NCBI GenBank assembly: GCA_051294375.1
Contig: CM119268.1
Location: 19,346,727 to 19,388,928 of the forward strand
Origin: Paraspadella gotoi
Lineage: Eukaryota; Animalia; Chaetognatha
Length of the DNA: 42,202 bases
Reading direction: 5' to 3'
Shown here: positions 1 to 14,531 of the stretch, piece after piece
Layout of the letters: each line of letters starts with the position of its first letter
How positions within the stretch are numbered: the stretch's first letter is position 1
Program-made: the position numbers and the translations under genes
Notes under the pieces: generated by a model
Told to the model about the DNA's origin: nothing
Databases searched by the model: none
What the model saw: only the letters and a program-made list of their open reading frames with translations

Positions 1-758
1 TCTGTCATCATCTGTTTCCTTCTCACTTTGGCGAAAGTCAACGTCGTCGTTAGGAATGACGACGTCTGGAATTGACGAAAGAATCGCCGAGCCTTGAAAG
101 GAGAGAGAGAGAGAGAGAGNNNNNNNNNNNNNNNNNNNNNNNNNNNNNNNNNNNNNNNNNNNNNNNNNNNNNNNNNNNNNNNNNNNNNNNNNNNNNNNNN
201 NNNNNNNNNNNNNNNNNNNNNNNNNNNNNNNNNNNNNNNNNNNAAAATATCGCAAGGGGAGAATGAAAAGAGATTGATGAAGCAAAAAAAGTTAAGAAAT
301 GCGAAAAAGGAGGGGTAAAAATGGAAGCGTTATAAATTCAGGATTTGAACACGGGTCAATATAAAACGTTTTGCTTAATTGATAATTCTAATATTTAAAA
401 ATTTTAGCTAATAGAAATTAGAATCATTAAAGTTTGTCTAGATTACTGATGCTAGGATGAACAAGCGAAAAAACGGTCAGACTGGCAGACTAAAAAAACT
501 ACGAATAAGCTGAGTCTTCTCCAGAGGCTCAGACGAAAACCTGACAGAGACATTGCTTCTCAGGTTAACCCTGCCCCTTTCCTCATTCTGTTGACCCTGT
601 CCGTCCCTTCCCTCTCTCCTTCCTACTTATTTCCCGAACGTCTTGCTCTCCCGTCCCCCCACAGCCTTACTTGCCTTGCCTCATGGGAGTTTGCCGTGAT
701 ATGTGGCCTTTGAAAAATTCAGGCGCACAACAAAGCGTTGTGATTGTAAAAAACTGAG

Positions 759-799
<41 letters not shown>

Positions 800-1007
800 G
801 AGAGAGAGAGAACGAGATGAGAGGAGAGAGGAGAGACAGACGAGGAGAGAGATAGAGAGGGAGAAGAGAGAAAAGAGACGAGGAGGAGAGAGTCAGAAGG
901 AAAAGACAAGAGCGCGCGATTTCGATTCCCGCCAGGGGGAGGCCTTGAAATCAAAAAATCATGTCAGACAACAAAAGGGCAAAAAGAAAGCGAAGAGAGA
1001 GAGAGAG

Positions 1008-1078
<71 letters not shown>

Positions 1079-2994
1079 TCTTCATGAGTTGCTGCTGATC
1101 CCTGACTCTCTCTTCTATGAATTATGATGAATACAAACGGAAAGGTTTTCTCTATGAAAGGTAAAAAGAGAAGATTTCTGCTGACAGAAGATGAGAAAGG
1201 AAATCCAGTCGCTGACAACTTGCGTCGCTCAATTACTCACAAGATATATCAAAAATGGTTTTAAAAAATAGATATATGAAAAAAATGTATCTAATGTAAG
1301 ATATCAAGAATTATGATCTTGATATTGATTTGATATAAATTTGATACATACAACCAATAGATAAATTGTTCATCCTTCCGATAAATAATAAGGGTTAGGA
1401 TGGGTTAGGGGCTTAGGGCGTTCATCACATAGTAGGATCCCTCAAGCTTTTAATCTCTTTGTCTCCTTTATTAACTCCCAGCGTGCTCGGCTTCACTATC
1501 GATGAAGTGATATATATTCGATCCGGGAATAATATATTGTACTCAGAACCAGCATCAAAGTCCAAGCAACTTAAAGTTACAAAAAAGTACAAGCAATGTA
1601 AAAAAAATATTCATTCCTTTAATGTTATTAAACACTTTCCCAAAAATGAGTCGTAAACAAACGTGACAACTGCACTGACGCGTACGACATCATTAAGGAT
1701 TTGCAAATGGTTATCATTGCAACGACTGAGGTTAGAACCGCGGGATATCTGGCACGAACACAACAAGCACAAAGATATCGAAGATTGGCCTTGGGAAAAT
1801 TTTTAGATTCTGCAAATAAACAAAAAAAAANNNNNNNNNNNNNNNNNNNNNNNNNNNNNNNNNNNNNNNNNNNNNNNNNNNNNNNNNNNNNNNNNNNNNN
1901 NNNNNNNNNNNNNNNNNNNNNNNNNNNNNNNNNNNNNNNNNNNNNNNNNNNNNNNNNNNNNNNNNNNNNNNNNNNNNNNNNNNNNNNNNNNNNNNNNNNN
2001 NNNNNNNNNNNNNNNNNNNNNNNNNNNCCATGTCTCCATATCTCTCCGTCTTTAACGCATCGCTTCCCGCTAAGTTTCTCTGTCTCATCGCTCTCTATCT
2101 CTTTCGTGTTTAGCGATGTCTCGTTCTCGTTTTCTTTCTCTCTCTTTCTTCTCTCGCTCTCTGTTCATCGCGGTTTCCATAAATCAAACCCGAAGCCGCC
2201 TTCGTTCCAAACCCCCCGTCGTTTCGAACCCTCGATATGAAAAAAGAAGAAAGGAGGAAGTTGGAGAGGAAGGAGGAAGAGAGAGGAAGAAGGGAGGAAG
2301 AAGGGAGGCAGGAAGGAGGAAGGAAGGATGGAGTAATGGGGAGGAAGGAGGAAGGAAGAAGGGGAAGAAGAATAGAGGAAGGAGGGAGGAAGAAGGGGAA
2401 AGGAGAAAAGAATTGGGAGTATGAGGAGTAGGGCTTTTAAAGATAACAAAATATAACAAATCGAATAAGGTACATAGCTATTTTAGTGTAATCAAGTCTG
2501 TAGAATTCGATGTTGATAACCATTTTTTTTTGTATAGTTTCATCTTCTTTGTCGAAAATGGCAATTTTTGTAGCATATAAGGTACTATTCAAATGCAACA
2601 AACGTTATAGAGTATAAGAAACTCAAATTATTAAAATTTTATAAAAACTATATTTAGCTTACATAATATGAAGATAAAGACCCATATAAATATTTCAGTA
2701 AGTTTATTTACAAATTTTATATTTTATTAAATGTTTATTAGCTCTATTTATTAATAAATAATAATAAAAAATATGCTAAAGTGAAAAAATTAAAATTTTA
2801 TAACTTTAAAACCGGATTTGAATTCCTTACAAAGAGTTGATATAAGAAAGTATAATCCATTTTAACAAATTCTTTTATTAAGTTGGTTAAAATGTTAAAA
2901 ACTATTTTTTAATATAATTTTTTTAAATTTTTGGCTTAAAATTATAGTTTTCTGGTGGTCCTATAATCACAGATGGATTAAAGCTGTTTCTTTC

Positions 2995-3195
2995 GCAGCG
3001 CATCAGTGGCTCAGTGGACTAATGCACCATCCCAATGTGCGTCCCTGGTTCGACCCCTGAGGTTGTCATGTAGATAGTGGGATGGACCGGGTAAGCCGAC
3101 TATAGGCATGGGCCAACTGGACTACATTAACAAGCTGTTTGGCTGTCGCCACGAGGTGACACCGCTGCGGGTGTGGCGCCCCATAAAAACCAGTT
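2995..3195 (+). mobile_element. tRNA-derived SINE-like element
   Basis: Pol III A box TGGCTCAGTGG (3007-3017) and B box GGTTCGACCCC (3047-3057), followed by a GC-rich non-tRNA body in AT-rich context. Confidence 0.65.
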
Positions 3196-3374
3196 TCTTC
3201 ATTTTTTCTGAATTTTGACCAACTTAATGACATAATTTTGGAATAAAAATTATATTTTCTTATATCAACTTTTTGCAAGCAATACAAATCAAGGAATAAA
3301 ATTTTGAAATTATTATTTTTTAACTTTAACCTAATTTTTACTCATATTTATTAATAAATATTAAATATAATTAA

Positions 3375-3568
3375 TGTGGAAAACGATGCCGCGAGCAGTT
3401 TACCGTCCGTTTCACACAAGGTCCCGATCTTCGGATCGGACTGTAGTCCGTCACTTCAGGTGGGTTAGACGCCACGTCCCGCTTTCACTTGTGTGAATCA
3501 GCAGGGCGCGAACCCGAGTGCTTCGGGTTGGGAGGAGCTCGTGCTACCTCCGGCGCCATAGGTGCTGC
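3375..3568 (-). mobile_element. Second tRNA-derived SINE-like element
   Basis: Minus-strand A-box-like TGGCGCCGGAGG and B-box-like GGTTCGCGCC. Its tail GTGGAAAACGATGCCGCGAGCAG recurs at ~31452-31476. Confidence 0.6.
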
Positions 3569-4215
3569 TCGGACGAGTAGCAGGGTATGAAATACTACCG
3601 CTACATTAACTAACTTTTTATAAAATATAAAATTTAAAAATAAACTTCCCAAAATATTTTTATAAGTTATTATTTTTATATTTCAAAAGCTCATGTAAAT
3701 TTTATAAAATTTTAATAATTTGATTTATCATAACTAATAATTGTTTTTCTTTTTCAGGACAATAATTAATAATTATATAAACTAAAAAACTTAATTTTCT
3801 ACAGGAAATATAAAATTATACAAAAAAATGGTCATCACGATCGAATTCTACAGACTTGTTTATAGTAAAATAGCTATGTTCCTTATTCGATTTGTTATAT
3901 TTTGTTATTTTTAAACGCCTTAATGCGGAGGAAGAAGGAAGAAATGGGAGAGAGGGAGAGAGGAGGTAAAGTCAGAGGGAAGGGAGGAAGAAAAGAAGTT
4001 GAATAAATGGGAAGAATGGAGAGAGGAAAGTGTAAAAGTGAAGTGGGGAAATCAAAAGTGGGAGGAAAGTTTAAATGTAACTGTATGAAGAAAAGGGAAA
4101 AACTAAAAAAATAGAAAATAATAAAAAATAGGTGTGAAAACAAAACTCTGAGATTTGATGTGTATGAAATGGGAGACTACCTTAGAATTTTAAATAAGAT
4201 TTTAACATTTCCGAC

Positions 4216-4501
<286 letters not shown>

Positions 4502-5261
4502 ATTTTCTCCCTATCTCTTCTTTTCTCCTAATCTTTTATTAATATTAACTGTTATGAGAAAAATTTGAGTTTACTAAGAAATAAGTCAAAGTCGATATTA
4601 ATGATGGAAGCGACGAAGTCAAAGAAAAGTTTAAAATTTTAAACGATTTCGATAACAAAAATTATTTAACTATAGTATAGTAGTATTAGTATAGTATAGT
4701 AAAATATACGTAATATAATAAAGTATATTTTAAAAGCTGTGATTTTAGAAAGCAGAGCCATATCAACGATTCTCATGTAACTCTTCCCGGATCATTTAAA
4801 AAGAAAAAGAGAGCAAGAGAGCTAAATAATATATAGAAAACGCAGAAATACAAAAAATAGAAAAGACAAAAAAAGCTAGAGAGTACGAGAAAAAGCGAGA
4901 AAGCATTAGTGAGCAAGATAGCAAAACAATCCAAAAAACAGAGCGAGAAAAAAACCACAGGCTTCGCCAATACTTAGGTTTATCTCTGTAGTTGAAAAAC
5001 ATTTTCATAGTCTGCATTCTTACTTAATTGATAAAATTTTTTTTTAAATAAAGGAAATAATATTTTTTTTAAAAATACTCAAAATTTCTAAAAAATATAT
5101 ATATAATTTCATGGCCTTAGTAGTAAATCGCTCTAACGATTTAGAAAAAGCGAGATAGCAACAAAAAGAAAAAAGAAAGAAAGTTGCATCAGTTTCCCAT
5201 TAATACACAAACGATCGTTTCTCCTCGGAGAAGAACCATCGTGACTTTGAGCTCTCAAATG

Positions 5262-5356
<95 letters not shown>

Positions 5357-6089
5357 ACTACCTTAAGATAAAAACACAGCAAAACAAAACGTAAAGGAGA
5401 TATCGCTTAAAAACTTTTTTTCCTACTCATCGGTTTCACCTCTTTATGTGTGTGTGTGTGTGTGTGTTTGTGTGTGTGTGTGAGTGAGTCCGGTCTTTTC
5501 TAATCTTTTTTTTTCTATTAATTAGTGATTTACTTACCCCCCGAAATTGTACAATTTTTTCTATATATAGTATTTCCTTTTTTTTAGTTATTTTTTTTTC
5601 TGAAATAAAAGAATAGTCCTATTAAATTTTTTTAGTGTTTTTGAAGGCTTGAAGTAAACAAGCCGAAACATGTCCAACTTTTAATTAAAAATCGTTGTTA
5701 AAATTTCAATCTTTGCTTTCTTTAATACCAATAAACAACAAAAAGAAAGGATTATCGCATCAGTGTTTTTCACCAAATTTTACTAGAGGGAAGCTTTTTG
5801 TAAGAAAAACGTATATTTATAATAAATTTTAGCTACACCCACTAGATCTTCACTTGCACCTGCTCTTAAACAAAATTGCAATTATTTTTGTAAAATTTTT
5901 ATTATCTTAAATCTTTTAAATAATATTTTTGCAAATACCAAAATAATATTAATGCCACAGTAACAGTTCAGTTTAAGTGATTTACATGTATTGGCGCAGC
6001 CACTGGTTTCTTTTATTTTTTCCTCCACTGTCTAAAGTTGGGCCAATCAGTTTGTTTACCAAATCCAATCGTAAAAGCCTACGGCTCGT

Positions 6090-6160
<71 letters not shown>

Positions 6161-6574
6161 ATAATCAATATTAATCCGCCTATCATTTTTTCTTTCTTTT
6201 TTGGTTAAATCGAAAGAAAAAAAAGTGCTATCCAATTTTGTTCTCAATTTATTTTTTGTTCCGTTTTCGCTCGTTCGTAGTAAAGCTTAGATTTTCCAGC
6301 CCAAACTTAATGGCTCCCGGGAGTTTTTTTTTTCTTTCCATGATGGTAGCGCAACTCGTAGTCGCCTGTCTTGCAAAGTGACTTGTACGTAGCTTGTTTC
6401 TAAGCTTTGTTTAACACATAGTTTATGAGAGTTCTTCCCTTTGTTTTGCTTTTCATAGCTACGAATATTGAGGCAAGCTGGTGGTTTTCGGCGCAATGTT
6501 AAAGCAAGCAAGTGGTACGGGACGTATAACTACAGCAGCGGACCAGAGTCAAATTTCAATCGTATTAGGTATTA

Positions 6575-9390
6575 CGTATTACGTGCCACTAAAGTCTTTT
6601 AGACTTAAAATTTAAATTTTTTTCTGCTTGTAGTAGTGTATCAAGATGGATTCGGATTTTTAAAAACGTTTACACAAGTGATCACACATATATATACTTT
6701 AATTTAAAACACTTTTTATTCGATTTAAAATTTTCAACATGAGAGATCCCGGTCGATTTTAATCTGGCTCCTAAATTATGCAAATTAGCTTAAGATCGAA
6801 TTTGTCAGATAACGATGACGCTCTTTATTCGCGTAATTTTAAGCGTTTTATTATTGTAATATTATAAATAATTAAATATTAAAGTTTTTAGAATATATAT
6901 TATATAAATATAAATAGTTTTTAATATTTATACTAATATAAATAAGATGAAATAGTATTTAAACGAGAGCTTGAATGCTTTTTCCTAACAAAATGAAGAA
7001 TTCGAACAGATTTTTGCATAAAATATAAAATTAACTATTTTGCTTGTTTAAAATCTTTATTACATAATAATTAAATAAACTTTTATAAATTGTATAATTC
7101 GATCGTTTAATTTACCATTATATGTGCATTAATAAATAGGTAAAAATTAGAAAACTTGATAACTAAGATAAAAAATAACCAATAAAAGTAAAATATTAAA
7201 ATAAATAATAATATTAGTATTATCAAAAATATAATTAAACAATATTAATAATAATATAAAATAATATTATTTTAATTATAATTTTTTTTTAAAACAGGAA
7301 ATTTTACATTTTTAGAGCACAAGCTTAGAAATCAGGGCAATTTTAGTGATTAGTCTAATCTTACTCCATGTACTCATAATAAACACCTTTTACATTAAAC
7401 TGATAATCATAATAATTGAAAAATATTTTTCTCTTTTAACTAAAAAAAAAATTTAAAAAAGTCTAAAAAGTTAAAAACTAAAAACTGAAAGCTAAAGTTA
7501 ATCATTCGATAAATTCTCAGTATATACATATAGAAAAGGAATTCATTCAGTATCAGAATCATGATTTAAGTTTATTATGTTTGAATGATCGGTAAGAAAA
7601 TTAAATACAGTCTAATAAACATTACTAAATTTGAATAGTAAAATACATTATGGACGATTGGATCATTTTTGTATTTGAGGCAACATGAACCAAACTTTAT
7701 TTTTTGCCATTTTATATAAATAAAATTATATTTATAATATGATTGCATTTACAGTGTTTTAGGTATATAAGATTGTAGTTTTTTATGTTATATTAATTTT
7801 GTAACTATTAAAATAAAATAGTTTTTCAAATCAAACGAGAATACTTGAGAGGGAAACTTAACTTCCAAGATTTTAAAGAATTGCTTTTGTTTTATAAATT
7901 TTTTAAATCAAAATCGTATATGTAGATAGTCCAAACATGTCAATTAATAATAAAATTAATCAAACTTGTCTGTAACATTGATAGATGGCTTTATTAATTC
8001 TTCAATCAACAATATTGAAAAAGTCAGTAAAACAAATAAAATTAATCAAAACAAATATGATAATATTTTAATTGTTAACAATAAGGATGAAAGCTATGAA
8101 TTAGTCCGAAAATGTTTATTTTTATGTAAAAACATTATGTCGTTATTGTTAATCATTAAAAGTTTATTATTTCGTCTCTAAATCAGACAAAATAGACGAA
8201 ATAATACAATGACTAAAAACTCAAAAAAACCTCCGAGATATTTTTTTATAATTGAAAAAAAAAAAAGGTTGCCTTTGGATGGCAAACCCTCATACATCCT
8301 AAATTATTAGCTATTAATAGTTAAAAAATGAAACTATAGTACATAGGAAAAAAAGCTTTTATAATTATAATATAATAATAGTTTAAGAAGAAGGGGATAC
8401 AAATTGTAATCAAATCATATCCGTTTAAAGCATTTATGTTTATGTATAAACGTTGTCATTGTTTAAAGAAAATATATATAACGTCGGTCCCCCTCAAAAA
8501 ATTATCCATTCCCACCCCTTTCTGTTCAGCCTCTTAGATATTATGATTTTTCATTAAGACTTTCTAACAGAAATGATGTGTGAATCTATTAGAAAACTAG
8601 GACAGATAGTAATCTAACCTTATGTTGTATAGATGCTCCTCTATTTCCAGAAGACAACACTGAATTTCCCTTCCCAAATTGAATTATTAGATAAAATATA
8701 AAAATATTAAATAGAAAAAAAAAATAGTGAAACAAGTAATTTGCAAATTTTTCATAATTCATAATTTTAATAAATATTAATATTATATTTATTGTTATAT
8801 ATCATTGGACTATATAAGTTCGGATTTTATATTAATTTTTCTTCAAAAATATGTTCAGACTGAATTTCAGTAAGCAAAACAAAAAATAGCGATTAATTTC
8901 TTTACTGTTTTCCTATAAAAACAAAAAACTATTAAAAAATTACAACATGCAGCTACTAAAAACTCATAAAATTATTAAGAATTAATGAAATTATTAATAA
9001 AACATAGAAAATATCATTAATAATACCTATGTTATTAAAAAAAACTAAACTCATCGTCTGATTTCACAGGCAAAAGATGCTCTTTTTATGAAAAATTCGC
9101 AAAAATCCGCAGGTTCGCTAGTATCTTTTGTTCTTTTTGACCGGCTTGACCGGTCTTTAACATTAAAAAGATACGAAATGACGTATTCGATCTCGGGATC
9201 TCTCATGTTCGATGCATTAAAGTTAAATATTTTTATACGAAAATTATTTATTTATACGTCTGATTAAGTGTACGAACGTTTTTTATGAAACCGATGTCTG
9301 TATATTTCCAACTTTTGGAACTACTTGTAGCTCATATTTTGAAAATTTTAACGTTTTGAATTATAGTTTTAACTTTTTTAGTCACGTGAT
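6575..9390. mobile_element. Old AT-rich element with diverged terminal inverted repeats
   Basis: AACATGAGAGATCCCG (~6736-6751) is inverted at ~9194-9209; weaker inverted matches at ~6660-6690 vs ~9258-9285. Ends uncertain. Confidence 0.4.
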
Positions 9391-9651
9391 TGAAGCATGT
9401 TAAAACTTAGATGGTTTTTGGAGGATTAAGACGAGTTAGTCCATAAGATTATGAATCTTTTTGAGTTGACTGTAGCTCGACTTTTAGTTTTATTTTCAAG
9501 TTTAAAGCAGAGTTGACTGAAGCTACTTTTTCCTTCTCTTTTCATGAAAAGAACGAAACCAAAAAAAAAACGGGACGGAGGGAAACTCATATCGTGAAAA
9601 CTGGAAAAGAGTTTCACGTGAAAATGGCGAGAAAAATAAAAAATGTTTTAT

Positions 9652-9663
9652 TAATAATAATAA

Positions 9664-9703
<40 letters not shown>
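9652..9703. repeat. (AAT)n microsatellite
   Basis: Read directly. Confidence 0.95.
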
Positions 9704-9705
<2 letters not shown>

Positions 9706-9808
9706 TGTAGGGGTACATAATTATATTTCATTGGCAGTAAACAAGGAGATGTGTAGAGAGATCGAATATTGAGACTGTAACCAGAGAACGGGACACCGGC
9801 AAAGAAAG

Positions 9809-9874
<66 letters not shown>

Positions 9875-10214
9875 TAGCCGGCTTCCCTTGCGACCACCAA
9901 ACATAGTGGCCAGCTGGGGTCAACCCCGTGGCGACGAAACCGTCGTCACCACATCCCCGCCCCCCGCGAAAAGTCCGAAGGACTTTCTTATTTTGGTGGA
10001 TGGCGTGACTGTTTGGGGGCGTAGGCTGGAGGGTGACGACTTAGAAAAATCCTCACATATTTGTGACGTGGAGGTGCTGCTGGCCGAGAAAAAGGCGGAG
10101 CTGCGCAAACAGCGGCGTAGGATCGTGGAGGCGGTGCTGACTTTAAAGGCGCGGAAAAGAAAGTCGGCTGTGATGACCGCGGAGGTGGCGGATACCACCA
10201 AGGAAGTCGCGTTA

Positions 10215-11880
10215 TAAACTACATTTTAATAACTGACAGGTCTATAATTTTGACATCCCTCTCTATCACCCTTCTTATATATAAGGACGAACAGCTCCCT
10301 CTGACATTGACCTCGTCACCCTTCTCCAAATCTCAAAAACCCATATCAATACACCTCCATAAAGTCATTTGCCACAAACCCCAAAAGCATTTCCAGAATT
10401 CGCAGGGGAAAAACCATCAGCCGCAGGCGACTTACCAGAGGCCATTCCCCTTAGAAACCAGTTCTACTTCTTCCATTCTCAAATCATTCTTTCCACACCT
10501 TATCTTTTTGCTGTCAAGTCAGTCTCCTATCAACACTACTTTAAAAATTCACTTGGAATTAATTATCATCATATCCCCTTTTACTAAAACATCCAACGTA
10601 ATGCTCGGATGCAGCAACATATTAAGACACCCTTTGACCCTGTTCATTAACACCGCCGCACCTTGTTTATCTTTTCAATCATAAATTAAACTATCAATTA
10701 AATCTCAGTTTTTGCAACCGCTACCATAAAATATGCCAAATCTTGGTTCCCTGGTCTCAAAATGAGGTGCTCTAGAAACCTTTATCCTTGCCCCTCTGCC
10801 TTCCTCTCTTCTTCCTCTACTAACCTTTCTTTGACATAAGCCAAGATGGATCTTCAGTTAAAAAAAATCCCTTACCATTCGAATTTCACTTTCGTATCTT
10901 TCTTTCTCCTTTTTCCAAGAACCTCTAATAATCCTACTTTCTCTCAATCTCTTTCTCCTTGCATAAATCGTATAGTAACCACTGCCGCAAAACCAGGATT
11001 TGCCACAGTCACCATTCCCCTATATTCTCCAAACTCAACCCTTACCTTGTCTGAAATCTTCCATGTCCCCTAACAAGTTGAATATATTTCAATATCAAGT
11101 AACAAGAGAACATAAAATTTCCAATATCCACAAACTATTTTTAATTTATTCTTTAAATTCGACCTTTAACATTTTATAGTCCATTAATTTACCAGCGACA
11201 AGCCTGCAGAAGTGGATTTTACCCACTTCCCTGCCTATCGTCATTCGGCGAATAACTCTATCAATCCTACTTTCATTATCCCAAGCCCATTTGAAAAGTA
11301 AATCCATTATCATCACCATTTAATAATCTAAACTATATTTGCAGTCCAACTCCTCTTTCACATTCTCAAAAACCGGAATAAGAACCTGGATCATATCTCG
11401 TTAAGACTGGCTACTCTATTCCCGTTCCTTCCTCCACAAAATTGAAAATCGACCAATCCACAACATTAGAACAGCGAATGCAGTACAATCACCTCACGTC
11501 AATTTTCTATCCACATTCTTACCATCTACACCACCGAGTGTGTACCATAAATTAAAACATAATTTACAATCCTAGCAAAGACTGTTCTTTAACTTAACTG
11601 ACATAACTCTACCAATCAAGCTCTCCACAGTACCAATCACTCCCAATCATTGAAATAACACACCAGAATCCCAGCATACTCATCACCCACAGAGCAGGAG
11701 TATGCAACACTTATAGTTTAACTCCATGTCTTTTTACAGCCTGACTACAGATGCCAACATTTTGCTTACAATGTGTTTCCTGAATAACCATCATAGCTAA
11801 TCCCCTATCTGCATTCAACACACTCAGTAACCCAATACCCTTTTTCTGCCCTGTATCACCTTTTAACCCCCTAAACTTGT
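10215..11880 (-). mobile_element. Decayed L1/Tx1-clade LINE ORF2 fragment (APE endonuclease and start of RT)
   Basis: Minus-strand motifs in the expected order: VIQETH (~11775), SRIDRV (~11260), WKF..LL (~11110), GKSPAADGFSP..FWKCFW (~10400), NYRPVS (~10240). Many stops and frameshifts. Confidence 0.8.
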
Positions 11881-12876
11881 GACGTCGTCGTCGTCGTCGT
11901 CGTCGCTTTTAATAAGTTTGGCTGGGACTTACCGTTTTTTTTTTCAAATAAAAATTATTATGAATTATGATAAAGTTTTACAAAAGTGTGCGATCATAGT
12001 AAGTTAAAAATTTTAGATATGGCTTCTCATCTTTGTAATAGCTTTGATACTTTCTTATTACATTTGATTTAAGTATTTTTTGTTTGAATTTCCACTTCAT
12101 TTATGATTTACTACAATATGCAAATGAGATTAAAGTACTCATAATATCCAATTTGTATACAGAAATGCTTTAATCTAATTTATATATTGCGAGTATTAAA
12201 TATTGAAGATGAAATTCATACAATTTTTTTAAATCTATAATAAAAATAGGAAATCAAAGGACCTTTTTAATGAGAAGCTATATCTTAATTTTAATACAAA
12301 TAAAAATAAAATCGTTAACAACCTATGATTGGAAAAAATTGGAAAAATTTCTAATTCGTAAACCATTGTAAACATTTTTTGCCTTTCTTTTATTTATTTT
12401 TTAATTATTTATATTTTTTCAGGGCGCTGCCTTTTCTGAATCGTTTAAAAACGAGTTCAGGATCTCTCTCAGTCTCTCTGCAGCTCTCTCAGTCTCTCTC
12501 AGTCTCTCTCAGTCTCTCTCAGTCTCTCTCTTGTCTCTCTCTGTGTGTGTCTGTCTCTCTCTGTACAGATCTCTTGTGTTTTTTGAAAAATTCTGATTAT
12601 TTTTTTCTTTCTAAAAAAATATATATTTGATCAGGCGCTGCCTTTTCTGAATCGTTAAAAACGAGTTCAGGCTCTCTCTTTGAACAAGATGAACAAAAGT
12701 CTTATTTCAATTAAAAAAAATAGAAAATTTAATTGATGCTTAATCACACTCTAATAAAACATTTTATTTTAGTCACTTTTTTCTTAATACAAATCCCAAA
12801 ATTTATTCGAGATTTTCGTGGATTTTTTTTTTCCTTCTAAAAACTTTTATTATATATTTTATTATTCTCTCTATAT

Positions 12877-12936
<60 letters not shown>

Positions 12937-12949
12937 TCTCTCTAATTAA

Positions 12950-13105
12950 CTCATCGCGTCAATGAATGACTAGCATCGCATCAATGAAATGACTATCATC
13001 GCATCAATGAATGACTATCATCGCTTAATGAATGATTATTCATCGATCAATGAAGTACTATCATCACATCAATGAATGATTATCATCGCATCAATGAATG
13101 ATTAA
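12950..13105. repeat. ~22-bp minisatellite (ATCATCGCATCAATGAATGACT-like)
   Basis: About 7 degenerate units; a related array in reverse orientation lies at ~31660-31985. Confidence 0.8.
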
Positions 13106-13109
13106 TTAA

Positions 13110-13592
13110 TAGATTGAGATTAAATTTTGTGGGCGGGTAGGAAAGTGTGTGAAGAAGCTAGATATAAAGTTTTGACGGAATCGTGCCAGTGGAAATGAGT
13201 TTAAATGGAAAAACAAAATAAGTCATATTTACTTGAATCTTTATTATTTATGATTACTAATAAATGTATTAATTAATTAATTTAATTAATGTGAAAAAAT
13301 TGATGCAATTTAAAAAAATTATGCAAGTTTAAAATTATGCAAGTTGAAAACATGATGCAAAGTTAGAAAAAATGATGCAAGTTAAAAAAAAGATGCAAGT
13401 TTAAAAAAATGATACAAGTTGAAAAAAATTACGCAAATTGTAAAAATGATGCAAATTGAAAAAATCTGAAAGTTGAGTGGAAAAAATGATGCGAGTTTAA
13501 AAATTTTTTTTAAAAATATTGTGATTTATCATCTGATTAGCTGATTACCGCTTAATTATCGTAGGGAGATCCGACATTGTTTGCTCAAACTA
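13110..13592 (+). mobile_element. 5'-truncated copy of the DINE-1/HINE-like element
   Basis: Shares GGAAAGTGTGTGA...AGTGGAAATGAGTTTAAATGGAAAA and the 3' end GATCCGACATTGTTTGCTCAAACT with 18316-19238; contains an internal ~17-bp AAAAAATGATGCAAGTT array. Confidence 0.7.
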
Positions 13593-13973
13593 TTTTTGTT
13601 CTCTTTTTCACCAATTTCAAATTCACTTACTCTCTCTTTCCCTGTCCTCACCTTCATCTGTCCATACATCTGACCACTATCCCTTACTCAGTTCTTTGTT
13701 GGAAAACTCTCTCTCTAGAATATAAATTTAANNNNNNNNNNNNNNNNNNNNNNNNNAAATAAAAAAAGAAGAGACCAATACACCAAAGGTTAATTGTCAA
13801 TACAAAATGAAACCTATAGACATAACAAGCAAGGATGGGACAAAATAGAAAAAAAGGGAGAGAAGGACGACAAACCATTTCCCTCTAATTGCGGTATAAA
13901 GAAGCAGAGAGACATAAACGTTAAGATAATGAAGACAAAAGCAGCCGGGAAAACGGGCAAAACCGAGAAAAGA

Positions 13974-14034
<61 letters not shown>

Positions 14035-14531
14035 ATTGACGACTGCGCGAAAACTCATCGAAAGTCGATTAATTCTTGAAAATCCGGTGCCGATAAAATT
14101 CCAACGAGTCTCCATAAAAACCGCATAAAAATAAATAAAACAAGAATAAAATAAATTTGGCTTCGTTATTTCGTTTCTTTAATGATTTTTATTTTCAGAT
14201 GCTTCTGTTCTGCTTTTTTCTGCTTTGTCACTTTTAATCTGAAATGAGGGCGCTATTCGAAAATATGTCTTTACAGTCCTTTGCTTTTTTTTAAAAAGAG
14301 TTATATTTCTTTCTATTAGTTTTTCATGAGGAATTCGAATCTGATTTTAAAAATAAGGAATTTTTTTGTTTAAATTTTAACATTTTTTATATGGGCATAT
14401 GCACAATGTGAAAAATGAAAATTAATTTTTTTTTTATTTAAAAAAGTTTACAGGTACAAGCCTGTTCGTGATCTTTTATTCAAATCTTGATTCTACTTGA
14501 TTTTAATATTTTTGCTACGCTTTATTGAGTA

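Larger units (their letters stand above)
2436..3915. mobile_element. Foldback/MITE-like element with long imperfect terminal inverted repeats
   Basis: ~2440-2540 (ATAACAAAATATAACAAATCGAATAAGG...GTCTGTAGAATTCGAT) is the reverse complement of ~3815-3912; further inverted similarity at ~2620-2660 vs ~3688-3727. Confidence 0.8.

Noticed and set aside
2995-3070. Functional tRNA gene
   Set aside because: A and B boxes are present but I could not fold a convincing cloverleaf, and a long non-tRNA body follows; SINE is the better call.
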